A stretch of 64,000 nucleotides of DNA from Malacoraja senta. Taxonomy: Eukaryota. The notes below the pieces were generated by a model. That model made no database searches and was not told the origin of the DNA. It worked only from the letters and a program-made list of their open reading frames with translations. The stretch spans positions 26,786,001 through 26,850,000 of the forward strand of contig CM075987.1 of the NCBI GenBank assembly GCA_038087875.1, given 5' to 3'. Positions within the stretch are counted from its first letter, which is position 1. Each line of letters opens with the position of its first letter. The position numbers were made by a program, and so were the translations under genes. Shown here piece after piece: positions 49,831 through 62,590 of the stretch.

Positions 49831-50272
49831 GGAGTGGAGACACTTTTAAGAAGCCAGACTACGTTTAATAAGTTCAGCGGGCATTTAACATTACCGGTCG
49901 GTTTACTTACGTTTTTTTCTCAACGAGCTTTACCTTCGACTACCTTCGATTACCTTCGATTGACTTCGATTACCTACGATACCATTACGACCCACCTCGA
50001 CTAAACCCACGAGTAAAAAAAATGTTGATTTTTTTCCATGGCGACCTTTTTTTTACTCGCGGGCCATTTTTCAGCATGTTGAAAAATACGTCGCTACCTA
50101 GCTGAGGCCTCGAGTACGCGGGGACTACTCTCGAGCATGAAGGAGAGTTACAAAGACCTCCTAGGACCTCGTGTCGACCATGCTGCGAGTATGAATCGAG
50201 GGCAAACTCGTCTGACCTCGCGAATTAGGTCGCCGCAGTGGGACAGCCCCTTAAGGCAGCAACTCTACCATT

Positions 50273-50572
50273 GGCATGGTGGCGCAGCGGTAGAGTTGCT
50301 GCCTTATAGCACCAGAGACCCCGGTTCGATCCTGACTATGATGCTGTCTGTACCTAGTTTGTACGTTCTCAAAGTTACCTGCGCAGGGTTTCCTCCGGGT
50401 GCTCCGGTTTCCTCCCACACTCCAAAGACGTACATGTTTTTAGGACAATTGGCTTTGGTAAATATAGTAAATTGTCCCTATTGTGTGTAGGGTAGAGTTA
50501 GTGTACGCGGTGTCCACTGTCAGATCGCTGGTCGGCATGGACTGGGTGGATCGAAGGGCCTGTATCCATGCT
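50273..50572 (+). mobile_element. HE1-like V-SINE
   Basis: Boxes A and B, V domain. Confidence 0.85.
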
Positions 50573-50584
50573 AGTAACATATTT

Positions 50585-51134
50585 AGTTAGTTAGTTTAGT
50601 TTATTGTCACATGTACCGAGGTACAGTGAAAAGCTTTTGTTGCGTGCTAACCAGTCAGCGGAAAGACAATACATGATTACAACCGAGCCATCCACAGTGT
50701 ACAGATACATGACGAGGGAATAACGTTTAGTGCAAGGGAAAGCCAGTAAAGTCGGATCAAAGAAAGTCCGAGGGTCTACAATGAGGTAGATAGTAGTTCA
50801 GGACTGCTCTCTGGTTGTGGTAGGATAGTTCAGTTGCCTGATAACAGCTGGGAAGAAACTGTCTCTGAATCTGGAGGTGTGCGTTTTCACACTTCTGTAC
50901 CTTTTGCCCGATGGGAGAGGGGAGAAGAGGGAGTGGCCGGGGTGCGACTCGTCCTTGATTACGCAGCTGGCCTTGCCGAGGCAGCGTGAGTTATAAATGG
51001 AGTCAATAGAAGGGAGGTTGGTTTGTGTGATTTTCTGGGCTGCGTCCACAATTCGCTGCAATTTCTTGCGGTCTTGGATGGAGCTGTTCCCAAACCAAGC
51101 TGGGATGCATCCCGATAAAATGCTTTCTCTGGTG
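50585..51134 (-). mobile_element. Rex1/Babar LINE 3' fragment
   Basis: TRESILSGCIPAWFGNSSIQDRKKLQRIV...RFRDSFFPAVIRQLN. Confidence 0.9.
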
Positions 51135-51741
51135 CTTTTAATGTCTAAAGGTAGCAGGAGCATTCTAAGCTCTTCCAGGTTCAAAATTCAAGATCCCTCC
51201 TCCAGTTGCCAAGACGTTGTCCAATAATTATTCCTCAAACAACACAATTTAAGCTGATTAGATCACCATTGTCTCTTGTGCAGCCTGATCCTGGAGCATT
51301 TGGCATTTGTGTACGAACAGATGTGCTGTACATCTGTGAAGCCACAAGTTCATGGCCAAAGGATTGAGTTTGTCAGGAACAGGTTGGGATGAATGGTTAG
51401 TGGTTAGCTGAATCACAAGGTCATTAAAAGGACTGAATAGTGGCTGAATGACTGGAACGGCCTAAAAGCATAAACATCCAGAGAGATGATTTAAAGGCAT
51501 ATTTTAATAGGAAGACAGAACAGTCAGCTGAAATGTGGACTCCTATATATCAGTGCCAGGTGTGGACTCCTGTATATGCTGCCTGACCCGCTGAGTTACT
51601 CCAGCATTTTGTGTCTGCCTTAGCTGAATCACAAGGTTGTTAAAAGGACTGAATAGTGGCAGAATGTTTATTGTTTAGTTTAGAGATACAGCATGGAGAC
51701 AGGCCCTTTGGCCCACTGAGACCGCGCCTCGCACACTAACA

Positions 51742-51941
51742 NNNNNNNNNNNNNNNNNNNNNNNNNNNNNNNNNNNNNNNNNNNNNNNNNNNNNNNNNNN
51801 NNNNNNNNNNNNNNNNNNNNNNNNNNNNNNNNNNNNNNNNNNNNNNNNNNNNNNNNNNNNNNNNNNNNNNNNNNNNNNNNNNNNNNNNNNNNNNNNNNNN
51901 NNNNNNNNNNNNNNNNNNNNNNNNNNNNNNNNNNNNNNNNN
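51742..51941. other. Assembly gap (200 N)
   Basis: Run of N; contiguity across it is not established. Confidence 1.
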
Positions 51942-52489
51942 GGCCTACTCCTGCAACTACTTTCTATGTTTATATGTTTCTAAGAGATATATTACCCTAG
52001 AGACCTGGTTCGATCCTGACTATGGGTGCTGTTTATACGGAGTTTGTACGTTCTCCCTGTAACCTGCGTGGGTTTTCTCCAGGTGCTCCAGTTTCCTCCC
52101 ACATTCCAAAAAAAATTCCAAGTTTGTAGGCTAATTGGCTTCTGTAAATTGGCCTAAGTATGTTGGGTAGAACAATATTGGGGTGATCGCTGGTCGGCGT
52201 AAACTCGATGGGTCGAAGGGCCTGTTTCCATGCTGTATCTCTAAATAAATTGTAAAAATTAAACTGGGTTCTGGGTATAACGTTTCACAGCTGCATGCCA
52301 GGTTTATTAAGACAAACTGCTGTAATTCTTCCCGCTAGTCAATATTTCCAAAATAGTTTTCCAGAAGTGAAATTACTAAAACAGCATCATCTCGATTAAT
52401 GATCCCAGGTGGACAAAGAGGGACAATAGATTCAACATTCTTGGAAAGAATGGTGTTACTCGAGAAACTGTGCCAAGTTAGATCATCAG

Positions 52490-52855
52490 ATCATGAGAGA
52501 TAGGAGCAGAATTAGGCCATTCGGCCCATCTAGTCCTCTCCGCCATTCAATCATGGCTTATCTATCTCTCCCTCCCATCCCCATTCTCTTGCCTTCTCCC
52601 CATAACCCCTGACACCGGCACTAATCAGAAATCTATCTATCTCTGCTTTAAATATATCCACTGACTTGGCCTCCACAAGCGTTTTGTGGCAAAGAATTCC
52701 ACAGATTCACCACCCTCTGACTAAAGAAATTCCTCCTCATCTTGCTAAAAGAACGTCCTTTAACTCTGAGGCTGTGGCCTCTGGTCCTAGACTCTCCACT
52801 AGTGGAAACATCCTCTCCACATCCACTCTGTCCAGGCCTTTCACTAATCTGTACG
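52490..52855 (-). mobile_element. CR1 LINE 3' fragment, type D
   Basis: Homologous to other type D copies. Confidence 0.85.
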
Positions 52856-54639
52856 TTTATACCGAGCCAATGAAGCTACAACCTGTACGTCTTTGGAGTG
52901 TGGGAGGAAAACCGAAGATCTCGGAGAAAACCCATGCAAGTCACGGGAGAACGTACAAACTCCGTACAGACAGCACCCGTAGCCAGGATCGATCCCGGGT
53001 CTCCGGCGCTGTGAGGCAACATAGAAACATAGAAAATAGGTGCGCAGGAGTAGGCCATTCGGCCCTTTGAGCCTGCACCGCCATTCAATATGATCAGTGG
53101 CTGATCATACAACTCTACCGCTGCGCCACATGCTGCCCCATACCAAGTGTTGCCTTGCTTATATATTTGTTTTTCTTCCTTTCGATGTGCACCGAAGATC
53201 GTGCAGGTGCTCATGAAAGATGATGAGCTAGCGTGTATCAGAGCTGCTGATGAATGACAACAGGCGAGTTGTTTCGCAAGGCCAGGCTTCATGTCACATG
53301 AGCTCTCAATTCAGCGCTGGGTACAGCAATAAGAGGCACAAGGAGCTGAACAGATGCAAAGAAGAAGTAGACAAGAGAGAAGCCATTGTGAAAGTACTTT
53401 GTATCGCACTCCTGAGAAACACAGCTAATGTCGTCAGCCAATTCAAGGTTATTTTTCCACACAATGTTCTTCCCACCATCATTTGCAGTTGCAAGGGTCC
53501 TTCGCCGTTTACAGCAATTCAACACCTCTTCACACCTCTCACTCCGTCAACTGCCCCCCACTCATTCATAAAATTGTGACAATTTACACTGGCCAAATAA
53601 ATTGCCAAGCAGCATGGTGGCGCAGAGGTAGAGTTGCTGCCTTGCAGCGCCAGAGATCTGGGTTCGATCCCGATTGCGGATGCTGTCTGTACGGAGTAGT
53701 GTTAATGTGCGGGGATCGCTGGTCAGCGCGGACCACGTGTACTGTCCGTACGGAGTTTGTACGTTCTCCCCGTGACCTCGTGGTTGTATCGGTTGGAACT
53801 TATACGTTTTGCTCCAAGCACCTGACAGGGCTATTGACATTTTTTTAATTTCAGAGTTTCTATAACAACCTCCTGCAAACAACTGAACACGAGGGTAAAT
53901 GTCTTATGATCAAGTCAGCAACCACTAGCAAACAGAATCTTCAATATGAAACAGTGGGCCATGCCTTTAATTACAATGTACCCTACAGCTCTTTCACTCA
54001 AACATAAATCCCAACACGTTTTTTTTAATAATCTTATATTTTAATTTCTTTTGCCCTCAGTCCCCCGATTATCCTTTGCTCAGATTGATGTCTGTTTTTC
54101 TCTGAGCTTACACAACAACCCAGTGGTGTGAATATTGATTTCCCCTAACTTCAAGTAACCCCTACATCCCCCCTTTCTCCGTCCCTCCCCCACCCAAGTC
54201 GTCGTACTAACTTCAAAGTTGTCTTTTTTTTTCATTTGGAGATGTAGCGCGGAAACAGGCCCTTCAGCCCACCGAGTCCGCACCGACCAGCGATCCCCGC
54301 ACATTAACGCTATCCTACACACACCGGGGCCAATATTCTGACATTTATGTTAAACACTATTGTGTATTGTGCTCTTTTTATTCGTGTGGCTGTATGGTAA
54401 CTCAAATCTCACGGCACGTGACAATAAATGTTGAACCTGAACTTGAACTACAAACCTGCACGTCTTTGGAATGTGGGAGGAAACCGAAGATCTCCGAGGT
54501 CACGGGGAGAACATAAAACTCCGCACAGACAGCACCCGTAGTCAGGATCGAACCCGGGTCTCTGGCGCTGAAGAGCTATAAGGCATCAACTGTACTGCTG
54601 CAACACCGTGCCGCCCATAATTGTTAAGTCTCATTGCCT

Positions 54640-54995
54640 GAGGAATAGATCGGGTAGACGCACAGAGTCTCTTGCCCAGAGTAGGTGAATCGAGGACCAG
54701 AGGACATAGGTTTAAGGTGAAGGGGAAAAAAATGTAATTGGATCTGAGGGGTAATCTTTTCAAACAAAGGGTGGTGGGTGTATGGAACAAGCTGCCAGAG
54801 GTGGAGTTGAGGCTGAGACTATTCCAACATTTAAGAAACAGTTAGACAGGTACATGGATGGATACAACAGGTTTGGAGGGATATGGACCAAACGCAGGCA
54901 GGTGGGACTAGTGTAGCTGGGACATGTTGGCCGATGGTGGGCGTTGGGCCGAAGGGCCTGTTTCCATTCTGTAAGATTATGACTCTGTGACTATG
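54640..54995 (+). mobile_element. CR1 LINE 3' fragment, type A
   Basis: GIDRVDAQSLLPRVGESRTRGHRFKVKG; GACTCTGTGACT tail. Confidence 0.9.
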
Positions 54996-55795
54996 ATTAC
55001 ATTAATGACTAGACTTCAAAAGTATATCATTGGCTCTAAATGATCTTGGACATCTTGGCAAGCATGATGCCTCATAATTGTTTGTTCTCTCTCCTTTTAA
55101 CTGATTTACCACAGCGGCGCGATGATATGTTGAAAACTAAAGAGGCAATTAAATGTAACTTAATGGTTTTGAGATTATAAAAATAAAAAGAGTTTTAGTT
55201 GCCAGTAGATCAACGTGTTATAGTCAGCAAAGAAATTCAAGTCTCGATTATAATGAAGGTAGATACAAAATGCTGGAGTAACTCAGTGGGACAGGCAGCA
55301 TCTCTGGACAGAAGGAATGGGTGATATTTCGAGACCTTCTTCAGACACAACCCGATCCGAAACGTCTCGACCCAAAACATCACCCATTCCTTCTCTCCAG
55401 AGATGCTGTCTGTCCCTCTGAGTTACTCCAGCATTTTGTGTTTATTGTCAAATGTGCTGTTAAACCCACTCTTCGAGTTTCTGTTAACTTCTTCAAAGTA
55501 ATGTATGAGGAAAGAGAGCCACTGACACTCAGCCTGAGGCATTAGAAGTTTAATTAGTTTAATCTGACTGATCTATCTCCCACCCCTCTTGTATATTGTA
55601 TCCCTCCTCTGGGGAACTCACGATTGCTTGCCTTCTTATTTGTGGAATCGGAGGTACAAAATTTGCATGTTATTAAACAAGTTGCTTGTGGAATTGGCCA
55701 ATCCAGTTTTCTCACGAGGAATGCGAGTTGGAATTCATAGGTCACCAATGCTTGATTGTTCAAGTCAATCAGGGGCAGGGTGACTATGATACTTA

Positions 55796-55950
55796 GGGGC
55801 CTGTCCCACTTACGCAACTTGCCGGCACCCCGTCATAGACGCAGCAGGTCGCCGAATATTTTTTAAATGTTGAAAATCCAGCAGCGACCAGAAAAAGGTA
55901 CGACTCGTTGGGCGACTTCTCACGACCTAACGGGCGACATGTCGGGTGGT
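55796..55950. mobile_element. Partial PIF/Harbinger-type MITE (left end only)
   Basis: TTA-GGGGCCTGTCCCACTT; degenerate family palindrome near 55858. Confidence 0.6.
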
Positions 55951-56780
55951 GACTATCTTCGGTTTAAACCAGTAACTGCAGTTCCTTCTTACACAATGAC
56001 TCACCAGGTGTGTTATATATCCTCAGGCTCTCTTTGAAGCCTGTGTATGGTTGAACCAACATTTTCTATCTTTCCTTGCCAAAGGACGGGTGGTGCTACT
56101 CGAGCCTCCTGTGTGCGTTTACTTCTGCTCTCTGCCACCTCCACTGACTCTGGACTGGTTCATCTTGCTGGAAGCACAACGCTGCCGCCAAAATCAGACG
56201 TTGCTGGCCTTGTCTCGCAAGCCAAGTTGTTTGGATCCTCGCTCTCTCCCTCTCATTCTCCACGTTCGATGGCCAGGAACCATGCTGATGAACATACGGG
56301 CCTAACGTTGGGCATCTGCAATGTTCCACACCATTTCTCTAGTGATATCATGCCAGATTTGTCGAGCTCCGACCACAACCAGCACCAAGGGCCCGCAGTC
56401 CAAACATGAGAGAATTTTTATTCCCACCTGAATTTCCCGACATACTTGCAATTCCAAGAAGCCTTGTCGCCCTACTGCATTGCATTCCAAGATAGATCAA
56501 GGGACACAAAGTGCTGGAGTAACTCAGCCGGTCAGGCAGTGTCTCTGGAGTACAAAGCACTGGGGTCCATTCCAAGATGTATCTTGGACCCAAGCGTATT
56601 TCCGTTAAGTTTTGGTTTCTGTAGCAACGACAGGACACAGGAACTTCAGACAAGGGTGTTTGTTCCGATGTGCAGATTAAGGAACATATTACATAGAGTG
56701 TTAGCGCCACATTACACAAGCCCTGGTCACTACATGCACTGAACACATGACCCTGTTAGACCACAGGTAGACACAAGTCC

Positions 56781-57305
56781 ATGTCTGAGGAAGGATGCGC
56801 TGGCTCTGGAGAGGTCCAGAGGAGGTTTACAAGAATGATTCCACAAATGAGTGGGTTAGCATATGATGAGCGTATGACGGCACTGGGCCTGTACTCGCTG
56901 GAGTTTAGAAGGTTGAGGGGGGACCTCATTGAAACTTACCGAATCGTGATAGGCATAGAGTGGATGTGGAGAGGATGTTTCCCACTGGTGGGAGAGTCTA
57001 GGACCAGAGGTCACAGCCTCAGAATTAAAGGGCGCTCTTTCAGAAAGGAGGTGAGGAGGAACTTCTTTAGTCAGAGGGTAGTTAATCTGTGGAACAGAGG
57101 GCTGTGGAGACCAAGTCAGTGGATATTTTTAAGGTAGTGATGGACAAATTTTTGATTAGAAAGGGTGTCAAGGGTTATTGGAAGAAGGCAGGAAAATGGA
57201 TTAGGAGGCAGAGATCAGCCATGATTGAATAGCGGAGTGGACTCGATGGGGGGGGGGGGGGGGGGGGGGGGGGCCAAATGGCCTAATTTACTCCTATAAC
57301 TTGTG
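56781..57305 (+). mobile_element. CR1 LINE 3' fragment, type D
   Basis: [42 protein letters not shown]. Confidence 0.9.
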
Positions 57306-57310
57306 AACTC

Positions 57311-57715
57311 ACTCCAGCACTCTGTGAAACGTCACCTATCCATGTTCGCCACAGATGCTGCCGGACCCGCTGAGTTACTCCAGCACTCTGTGAAACGTCA
57401 CCTATCCATGTTCCGGCAGCATCTATAGAGCGAAGGAAATAGGCAACGTTTCGGCCCAAAACCCTTCGGGTTTCGGCCCAAAACGTTGCCTATTTCCTTC
57501 AGGGTTTTCGGCCCGAAAGGTTTCCCATTTCCTTCGCTCCACAGATGCTGCCTGACCCACTGAGTTACTCCAGCACTCTGTGAAACGTCACCTATCCATG
57601 TTCGCCACAGATGCTGCCTGACCCGCTGAGTTACTCCAGCACTCTGTGAAACGCCACCTATCCATGTTCTCCACAGATGCTGCCTGACCCGCTGAGTTAC
57701 TCCAGCACTCTGTGT
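57311..57715 (+). repeat. 66-bp tandem repeat derived from a Penelope terminal repeat, with a nested fold-back insert
   Basis: Unit ACTCCAGCACTCTGTGAAACGTCACCTATCCATGTTCGCCACAGATGCTGCCTGACCCGCTGAGTT. Confidence 0.85.
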
Positions 57716-57767
57716 CTGTCGTCGACCGGTAGTTGAGGACCAATGGGAAGAAGCAAAACAGTAAAGG

Positions 57768-58393
57768 GTGGCGCGGTGCGCAGCGGTAGAGTTCCTGCCT
57801 CACAGCGCCAGAGACCCAGGTTCGATCCTGACCACTGGGTGCTGTCTGTACGGAGTATGTACGTTCTCCCCCGTGACCTGCGTGGGTTTCTTCAATGATC
57901 TTCGATTCCTCCCACACTCAAGTCGTACAGGTTTGTAGGTTAGTGGGGTTGGTATAAGTGTAAATTGTCCCAGTTGTGTAGGATAGTGTTAGTGCGCGGG
58001 GATCGCTGGTCGCGCGACTTGGTGGGCTAAAGGGCCTGTTTCCGCGCTGTATCTCTAAACTAAACTGAACTAAACTGCAATAGAGGGTGCCTTTTATACG
58101 TATAGGTTATTTTTAGAGATACAGCATGGAAACAGGCCCTTCGCCCATCAGCCGATCACTACACATTAACACTACCCTGCACAAACCAAGGACCATTTAT
58201 TTACACATACACCAAGCCAATTAAACTACAAACCTGCACGTCTTTGAGTGTGGGAGGAAAACGAAGATCTCGGAGGAAACCCACGCAGGTCACGGGGAGA
58301 ACGTGCAAACTCCGTACAGACAGCACCCGTAGTCGTGATCGAACCCGGGTCTCCGGCGCTACAAGCGCTGTAAGGCAGCAACTCTACCGCTGC
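57768..58393. mobile_element. Two tail-to-tail HE1-like V-SINEs (+ then -)
   Basis: Boxes and V domains in opposite orientation. Confidence 0.85.
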
Positions 58394-59011
58394 GTTATTG
58401 AATGAGACTACAGCTAGATGGCCAGGAATATATTTCACGGGAGATCTAATGGAGACTAACACTCTGACCCTGGCATAACCTTTGGTTTGTTGTGTGTTTT
58501 GTTAGCCGATGATCATCGCATTAACATCATGGTCTCTTTTTTTTCTCCTCTCGTTCCAGTTTTTTATTCCACTTATAATGAATTTGCTACACGCTATTGA
58601 GAACGTTGTTATTATTAGCGTGCAAGTGAGACAGAATGGGCTGGAAGCATCTCTGAAACTAATGTGTTAACGTGCGAATTAATGCTTCGATTCATGTTGA
58701 CTCGGCTTGGAAATTATCCTTGTAACACAGCAGATCTGAGATGATTCTCGATGGCAAGAATTTCGACAAGTGAGACAAGTAACACTAAACAATACTTGCT
58801 GTGCAGGTCTTACTCATGAGCAAGATAAATAGCTAATTCATTGGCTTGTCATTGAATGTTTTGCTCAGAATATCTACTAACTTGGCATGAAACCAGTTTC
58901 CCTGTGCTAAGTTTTTTGTAGTTTAGAGATAGAGAGCGATAACAGGCCCTTCAGCCTCTTCTCTCTTCCAGCTTTTCTTCTCCCCCCCCCCCTCCCCATC
59001 CCCGTACAATC

Positions 59012-59340
59012 CGAGACAAAGTAAGCATTGTGGACCTGTGGAAAAGAACAAGCCAGGAGCCCATTGACTTACATTCGAATTCGAAGGAGAAAATGGAGTT
59101 GGATTGAACCCCCCCCTCCCCCCACAGGAAACCTGCCACAAACATCACCCGGCAAGCCCGGAAATGGAACCCCCAAGGAAAAAGGAAAAGAGGTGGCCCC
59201 AGGAACAGCTGGGAAGAGGTGTCTGAGAGTGGGCTCAACTGGGGAGATCTCGAAAGAACTGGCAACAACCGAGTGAGGTGGAGGACATTTGTCAATGGTC
59301 TAGATGCTCCCGAGAGGAGCAAAGGGCTAAAGAAGAAGAG
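59012..59340 (+). mobile_element. RTE-clade LINE 3' fragment
   Basis: DLWKRTSQEPI/IRRRKWSWI/NITRQARKWNPQGKRKRG/WRTFVNGL; (AAG)n tail; 14-bp TSD ATCCCCGTACAATC at 58998-59011 and 59341-59354. Confidence 0.8.
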
Positions 59341-60227
59341 ATCCCCGTACAATCAGTCTGAAGAAGGATCCCAACCAGAAACGTCATGTTCGCCGGAGAT
59401 GCTGCCTGACCCGTTGAGTTACTCCAGCACTTTGTGTCCTTCCACCATAATCTATGCCTTTTTGTTTCTGTATTTGCTAATTTGAAACAGGTTATTAAGG
59501 CCATAAGTGATAGGAGCAGAATTAGGCCATTCTGCCCATCAAGTCTACCCTGCCATTCAATCGTGGCTGATCTATCTCTCCCTCCTAACCCCATTCCCCT
59601 GCCCTCTCCCTGACACCTGTTATTGTATTCAAACAAACACATTTTAGCAGGCTTGACTAAGCGATATCTTCTGTTAATTATTCATATCAGAGATTTATCA
59701 TCTCACAGAAATAATCTGTTGCAAAAGGTCCAGAGAAATGAACGTTGTCTGGGTTACGCGATCATTCAACAACAAATATCTGCAGCAAATACTGTATAAT
59801 ACCCCAATTCATCAGATGAACCCTGTTGGTCCCAATAGCTATTGAAAAGTTCTGAGACATATTCTTTAATTGTACTGATTAGGCAACTTGTTTCCATTAA
59901 ACTTCATGGAGATGTCAAAGTCTTGACATTGCCGTGGGACAATTAAATTAAGAAGATTAATAAACAAAGTTTACCTCTTCCTAAATTATTTAACCTCCAG
60001 TTTGTGGCACAACACTCAGCTGGTGATCTCTTCCAAGTCAACAATTAAATGGTAGTTTCTCCGCTGGCAGGCGTGGGTAGATGGGAGGTTTCCATGGGTC
60101 TGAGTTGTCTGAATTACACTCTCTGTACCAAAGAAACTGTGATGGACATTGATTGTCTGAACGAACATCAAAATTTGCCAAAAATCTGCCTATCTGGCAC
60201 CACTAAAATTCAAGGACATAAGTTATA

Positions 60228-61200
60228 GAAACACTTTTTCTCACAGAGAGTGGTGAGTCTGTGGAATTCTCTGCCTCGGAAGGCGGTGGAGGCAGGTTCT
60301 CAGGATATTTTCAAGAGAGAGCTAGATAGGGCTCTGAAAGATAGCAGAGTCAGGGGATATGGGGAGAAGGTAGGTACGGGGTACTGATTGGAGATGATCA
60401 GCCATGATCACATTGAATGGCCATGCTGGCTCGAAGGGCCGAAGCACCTATTGTCTATTGTCTATTGAATGGGGCCATTGGGCCCATCAAGTCTACTCCA
60501 CCATTCAATCGTGGCTGATCTATCTCTCCCTCCTAACCCCATTCTCCTGCCTTCTCCCCATGACCCCTGACACCCGTACTAATCAACAATCTGTCAATCT
60601 CCGCTTTCAAAATATCCACATACTTGGCCTCCGCAGCTGTCTGTGGCAATGAATTCCACAGATTCACCACCCTCTGACTAAAGAAATTACTCCTCATCTC
60701 CTTTCTGAAGGTAGATTCTTTAATTCTGAGACGATGGCCTCTGGTCCTGGACTCTCCCACTGGTGGAAACATCCTCTCCACATCCACTCTATCCAGGCCT
60801 TTCACTATTCGGTATCAATGAGGTCCCCCCCTCATCCTCCTAAACTCCAGCGAGTACAGGTACCAGTGCCTTCAAACACTCATCATATTTTAACCCAATC
60901 ATTCCTGGGATCATTCTCGTAAACCTCCTCTGGACCATCTCCAATGCCAACACATCCTTCCTCAGATACGGGGCCCAAAACGGGTCTGACCAGCGCCTTA
61001 TAAAGCCTCAGCATTCCATCCCTATTTTTGTATTGAAGCCCTCTCGAAATGCATGTTAGCATTACGTTTGCCCTCATTACTACCGATTCAACTTGCAGAT
61101 TAACCTTTTGGAAATCCTACACCAGCAATCACAAGTCCCTGTACACCTCCGATATCTGAATCCTCTCCCCGTTTAGAAAATAGTCTACGCCTTTATTCCT
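60228..61200. mobile_element. Tail-to-tail CR1 type C (+) and CR1 type D (-) fragments
   Basis: KGLDRVDVERMFPPVGESRTRGH...GVRGHGEKAGEWG on the - strand. Confidence 0.85.
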
Positions 61201-61816
61201 CCAGAGCTTGAATTAAAGCTGTGAATGTGCAGGATTGTCAGAGTCTGTCTGTGTTGTAGATGCTGGAAATCCAAAACCAAACCTTAACCACAGTGACATG
61301 CCCATTATCTGGAATAATTCAACTATATTTAACGCACATTCAGGAAGACAAAGTGTAGTTCCTCGAGATTGTATTAAAGTTTAGTGGAAAACTAGAAAAT
61401 ACTGAGGGCAGAGAGATCAAAGGTTTAGTGGAGCAAATGGTACTTAAGAACGTAAAAATAGCTAAATACCAACTGATTCTGCAGTCAAATAAAACAATGA
61501 CTATTCGTCTGTGAACTAATCTTCACAATCATTTTCTTTTACAACTGGCTTCCAACAGATTAGGGAAATGTTCAAATGTTAGTGAATTTTCTGGGCAATT
61601 TTCTCTGCAGAGTCTGGTCGACAAGACTTTGGGAGAATGGTCAGATTATCCTGACATTAAACTTCCAAGGGACCAGACTTAGATGATGCTAATTTCACTT
61701 TACTACAGAATGTTGTGGGGTTAAATATGAATTATAGCAAAGCTTTGGATCTGGAGAGTTAGGTTAGTATTGAGAAAAGAAGGAACAAACTCAGTAGTTC
61801 AACAGCTATGCTTTAT

Positions 61817-62210
61817 AGACAATAGACAACAGGTGCAGGAGTAGGCCATTCGGCCCTTCGAGCCAGCACTGCCATTCAATGTGATCATGGCTGATCACCC
61901 CCAATCAGTACCCCGTTCCTGCCTTCTCCCCATATCCCCTGACTCTGCTATTTTTAAGAGCCATATCTAGCTCCCTCTTGAAAGCATCCAGAGAACCTGC
62001 CTCCACCCCCCTCTGAGGCAGAGAATTCCACAGACTCACCACTCTCTGTGAGAAAAAGTGTTTCCTCGTCTCCGTTCTAAATGGCTTACTCCTTATTCTT
62101 AAACTGTGGCCCCTGGTTCTGGACTCCCCCAAAATCCAACGTGTCCAAACCCTTAACAATCTTATATGTTTCAATGAGATACCCTCTCATCCTTCTAAAC
62201 TCCAAACTCC
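61817..62210 (-). mobile_element. CR1 LINE 3' fragment, type C, flanked by a 32-bp duplication
   Basis: GESRTRGHSLRIRSKPFRTETRKHFFSQRVV...GYGEKAGTGY*. Confidence 0.9.
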
Positions 62211-62283
62211 ACAAACTCAGTAGCTCAACAGCTATGCTTTATCTGGTGCATTTTGCCTTGTGACTGTCTGTAATAGGTTGCTG

Positions 62284-62590
62284 GGTGACACGGTGGCGCA
62301 GCGGTATAGTTGCTGCCTCGCAGCGCCAGAGACCCGGGTTCGATCCCGACTACGGGTGCTGTCTGTATGGAGTTTGTACGTTCTCCCCCGTGACCTGCGT
62401 GGGTTTTCTCCGGGATCTCCGGTTTCCTCCCACACTCCAACGACGTACAGGTTTATAGGTTAATTGGCTTGGTATAATTGTAAATAGCGGGTGGTGTGTG
62501 TAGGATAGTATTAGTGTGTGGGGATCGCTGGTCGGCGCGTACTCGCTGGGCCAAGGGGGAGTTTTTCCGCGCTGTATCTCTAAACTTAAT
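62284..62590 (+). mobile_element. HE1-like V-SINE
   Basis: Boxes A and B, V domain. Confidence 0.9.

Noticed and set aside
47918..49843. 641-aa ORF with a Pro/Ser/Leu-rich region fused to an RT domain
   Set aside because: The stop-free purine array reads into a truncated Rex1 RT that is frameshifted at its catalytic motif; not a gene
48573..50004. Gly/Glu/Arg-rich ORFs of 144-368 aa
   Set aside because: Translations of the (GGGGAGAGAA)n array
53190..53579. Coding-looking unique sequence
   Set aside because: No recognisable domain or consistent splice sites
56047..56409. Possible host exon after an acceptor-like tract ending near 56084
   Set aside because: No frame resembles a protein I recognise and no clear donor; needs RNA-seq or BLASTX
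57248..57273. Long poly-G run inside a CR1 3' UTR
   Set aside because: Homopolymer expansion or sequencing artefact; no further structure
57311..57715. CRISPR-like array (also considered for 18610-18922)
   Set aside because: No unique spacers, no cas genes, vertebrate context
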